A DNA stretch of 64,000 bases from the human T2T-CHM13v2.0 reference genome, Homo sapiens. Below the pieces are notes generated by a model, which was given only the letters and a program-made list of their open reading frames with translations, searched no databases and was not told the DNA's origin. Of the stretch, positions 60,271 through 64,000 are shown in pieces. Position 1 is the stretch's first letter, and each line of letters starts with the position of its first letter. The stretch lies in the NCBI RefSeq assembly GCF_009914755.1, contig NC_060934.1; one strand, 5' to 3'. A program made the translations under genes and the position numbers.

Positions 60271-61586
60271 GGATATGGCACAAATTGTTGATATATTCTA
60301 GTGGATACTTGTGTTGTTTCCAGTTTTGTTATTGTTTTTCTTTTTGCCGTGTTAAATGAGACCACTAGAATATAACCACTGGATCACAGAATGTTCATCT
60401 ATGTCTTCCTAAGGTAATGCCAAGTTGTTTTCCAAAGATAATAATACAAGCTTCCACTCTAGCTGCCAGGGTGTGAGGGCCTCTGCTGCTCCACATATGC
60501 TAATATGAGGCAGCACATGGGATTGTCAGACTCCCTGATTTTTGCTAGTCTGTTGGAGATTTAGTGGTATCTCAATGTGATTTTATTTATATTTACTTGA
60601 AAACTATATGATGTAAGTTTCCAGTTGTGTCTAATTTCAAAAGAAAAAAACAAACAATGTAACAGAACAAAACAAAAGCAAACAATATAACAACCAAATG
60701 GCAACAACAACACGCACAAAATAAACACCCAAGGAACCTTATTTAAATTATCATTCTTGAGCCAATGAGTAATTTACTGTTTTTGTTTTAATGTATGCTC
60801 TATCTTCATCTGTTAGGAGATTACCTCACTATACAGACAGATTCTCCATACAGATCAACCTAACAGTAAGAAATGTGTGTGTTTGGCACAGTGCCTTGGG
60901 AAGAAGAGCTGCTATGTGTCATTGATGACTCTATTGTTTCACCAGTTTTCCTTTAGTTACTATACAAATGGGAACAAGGATGGGAATTAGGGAAATTTTC
61001 CAAGTGTAAGAAGCTTTCAGATCTTCTCACATCACTTATTGGATATGCAGTGACACATTAGACCTTTATTTTGTATAAAAGTTGTCTGTTCCTTCTCTTG
61101 CTTCTCCTTCTTCCAAATTGTTGACCTGCATACAACATCAATAACAAACCCATTAAACAATTTTTAAGCCAATTTAGTAGCCACCACTTCCAGGTCACTA
61201 CCACCATACCATTTTGAAAGTGGCTCCACACAGGGCTTCTTCTGGAAGTTTATAGTATCCCCATTCAGGGCCAACTGTGCACCTTCTGCAGAATGAGATG
61301 GGGTTCCCCAACTTTTGTGTATGTTTTTTAATCCTCTCTTATTCTGGGATGTTAGGCCCTGAAAGGACACAGGAACAGGGCTGATCATGCGTGCTTTCAG
61401 GGCCCAAACATCCAAGACAGTTTGTACCAGGATAACCCCAATAGTTGTTAAAATATTGAAGCATTCCCATGCAGGTTGGTCAATAAGCAATTGTCTCAGA
61501 ACTTGTATGGCCAATCACAATGGGAAGCCTCTAAGACTCTTTTGTAGCAGCATAGATTGGTGTCTATTTTGAATGGTTGGAACATT

Positions 61587-61622
61587 GTGTGTGTGTGTGT
61601 GTGTATGTGTGTGTATGTGCAT
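61587..61622. repeat. (TG)n microsatellite
   Basis: Visible directly. Confidence 0.9.
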
Positions 61623-63052
61623 GCACCTGAGTTAGTGGAAGTAAAGTAAGGGGAAGAGAGGAGGCAATGAGGTTTGTCTATGACATTCTCACTCTCCCAG
61701 GTTGCTTCTTTTCTTTACAAAATCCAGAGCAGACCACTTTCAATTTTGCTTTACTTCCCTTTCCATCTATCTAGGACTTACTGCAGCAGACCTCCAGGTT
61801 TTGTATCTTTACTTTCTCCCAAGATCAGCCTCATGACCAGACTTTGATGGTTGGTGGAGTAATAAGGGGAGTCCAATCAACCAATATACTAAGTATAAGG
61901 AACTGAACTGGGAGCCATTTCAAAAATGTATCTATCATCCACACACACACAAATAATGCATAATGACCTTTTGGGTAGATTTTAATGAAGGAAAATGTAA
62001 ATCCTCAATGCAGGTTGCAAAAAATGAGGATGTCAAAGTAACCCATAATAATGCCTCTTGTATTATTCATGGTCTTTGATGAAAGATTTTTTAATAAACA
62101 ATTTCACCTTTATCAACCAAATTTAATTACATTTGTACCAGGATAATTCTTTACTTGTTTGGCTTAGAAATGACAAAGCTTCTTTCCAGATTCATTATGT
62201 ATTTTTAGGATTTTTCAAGAAATCAGGAAGTAAGAGTTATTTTCAAATGCTTTTACAAGGGTGACCAAGAGGCCAGTGTTACTGGAAAGGAAAAATATAT
62301 GATGTCAAACTCAACCCACTGAATGCCAAAAATAAGAAGGTATTCATTACTGAACCCAGTTTTATTGGCAGGGAAAAATGCAATTGAAAATACCAATCAC
62401 CAGTAAAGCATATATGAAACAATGCTCTTTCGTAGTCATTTTGCATTTAACAAGTTTTTAATTTTTTTAAAAAAATGGGAATACATAAGATGCTTCCTAT
62501 GCAAATAAATTTCATGAATTTCAGTGAAAATACTTTGTTTTCATCCCAGGTTCACCACACTCTTTCTATCTGACAGATTTTTTTTTCAACAGAATATGGG
62601 AGTGATTTTGTCCAGTTATTCTTCTAGGTCTCCGTGGAAATTTCTTTCTTTTATAGATACCATCTGGCCTAATGAGATTCTAACAGTTCTATACACACTC
62701 TGTCTTTCTTTGTATTTGCATTTTTTCACTGGAGTCATTGCTGGTAGTGAAATGGAAAAATAAGGGGAAAAAAGTATGTATGTTAAATAAGCATGGCAGT
62801 TTTCTCTGTCATTTAAGAAAAGTAATTACAATTATTCGTTTGATTTACTGAATGTAAGTATTCAGTTTGAACACTGTCCAAAGGATGTTGCCTTACTTAA
62901 ATATCCAGTGATCCTAAACTAAAATTGCGGCTGTAGTCACTGATGGGTTTAGTCTAGGAATATATAATCTTGTGTGTCTTCAAAATGTTAGGAAGAAATC
63001 TTCTTAAGCAGGATTTCATTATGTGTTTTCAATCACTAATCTTCACTCCTTG

Positions 63053-63140
63053 TCTCTCTCTCTCTCTCACCCCGCCCCCCCGTGTGTGTTTGTGTGTGTG
63101 TGTGTGTGTGTGCATGTGTGTGTGTGTGTGTGTGTGTGTC
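63053..63140. repeat. Compound (CT)n / C-run / (GT)n microsatellite
   Basis: Visible directly. Confidence 0.9.
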
Positions 63141-64000
63141 TGTATGTTTCTGTCTGTAGAATTAGGTGGAGGGTTGGTAAGAATAAATACAATCCTACAC
63201 TGAGATGTAGAGGTAGCAAGCCAAATTTGAGGTAATTATGCTAGGACTCACATTGTTAGCTTCCTTGTTCACCAAATGTACAAATTTAGCTCATAATCAA
63301 TATTTTTAATGCAAAAGTTTATATAAGGTCCATACTGGGTAAGGAAAAGAAAAAATAACATTAAACAGGGACTTACATCCTGACAACTTTTGTCTCATGC
63401 ATCAGGGACTCTGTCCTATGGGATAGATCTACGCGTATTTGGGGAAACACATTGGCCAGTGGTCCAAAGTGGAGGGTAGCTCTGGGATAAGAAAGGCTTT
63501 AGATTCATTTTTCAACTCTTACATTTACTGTTGACATAGGACATGTTTCTTAAACTTTACTAGCCTGTAAAATCAGTGGAGTAGACAAGAGGAGATAAAG
63601 TACCTAAAAGTGTACCTAGCACATAGGAAACAATAAAAATTATCCAATTGTGTTTTAAGAACCTATTTTGACTATACAGCTATGTACTTTGAAGTCAAAG
63701 TTGTTTACATGTGAGAAAGGAAATGGACCAACAGAATAATTATAGATGGCAACATCCTTTGCCTAATGAATCATTTGTTAAAATACATTCATCTACCATG
63801 TGTCAGAGGCTGGTGCTGAGGCTATGTAAGTTACCAAAGGAGGCGAAATCCATGCTACCGTGGAGCTTTCAATCTAACAATTAATGATAAGCAGATCACA
63901 ACATGGCAGAATAGTAGATACATTAGAAAAAAGTGTCTGCTCCCCCCTACACACATATTAGTCATTTGTAAATGTTTAGAATGATAAACATTAAAAGTTA

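Noticed and set aside
61164-61572. 116-aa and 61-aa ORFs in unique DNA, plus stop-free stretches near 44400-44580 and 53825-54000
   Set aside because: No recognisable domain or good splice sites. The lengths are within chance expectation.

Overview
This is primate (human-like) non-coding DNA, either intergenic or inside a large intron, and is dominated by interspersed repeats. It holds 11 Alus (J, S and Y types, many with readable target-site duplications), L1 copies of several ages, many MIR and L2 fragments, DNA transposons (Tigger3/Golem, MER1B, MER5), LTRs (MER61 solo LTR, LTR33, MLT1) and microsatellites. I find no supportable protein-coding gene, structural RNA gene or CpG island. The ORF track is explained by Alu, L1 and low-complexity read-through or by chance. 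The most unusual signal is a decayed reverse-transcriptase fossil of the R4/Dong LINE clade (Mam_R4-like) at about 37255-37850 on the minus strand, recognisable only by translating across frameshifts. Other points of interest are an L1 that keeps both ends but has lost its EN and RT domains, a twin-primed inverted L1 with an 18-bp palindrome at the junction, two frame-preserving small-exon candidates on the + strand, and an enhancer-like cluster with an RE1-like motif. I cannot support a claim of a new biological system. Subfamily calls come from remembered consensus sequences and need RepeatMasker/Dfam confirmation.
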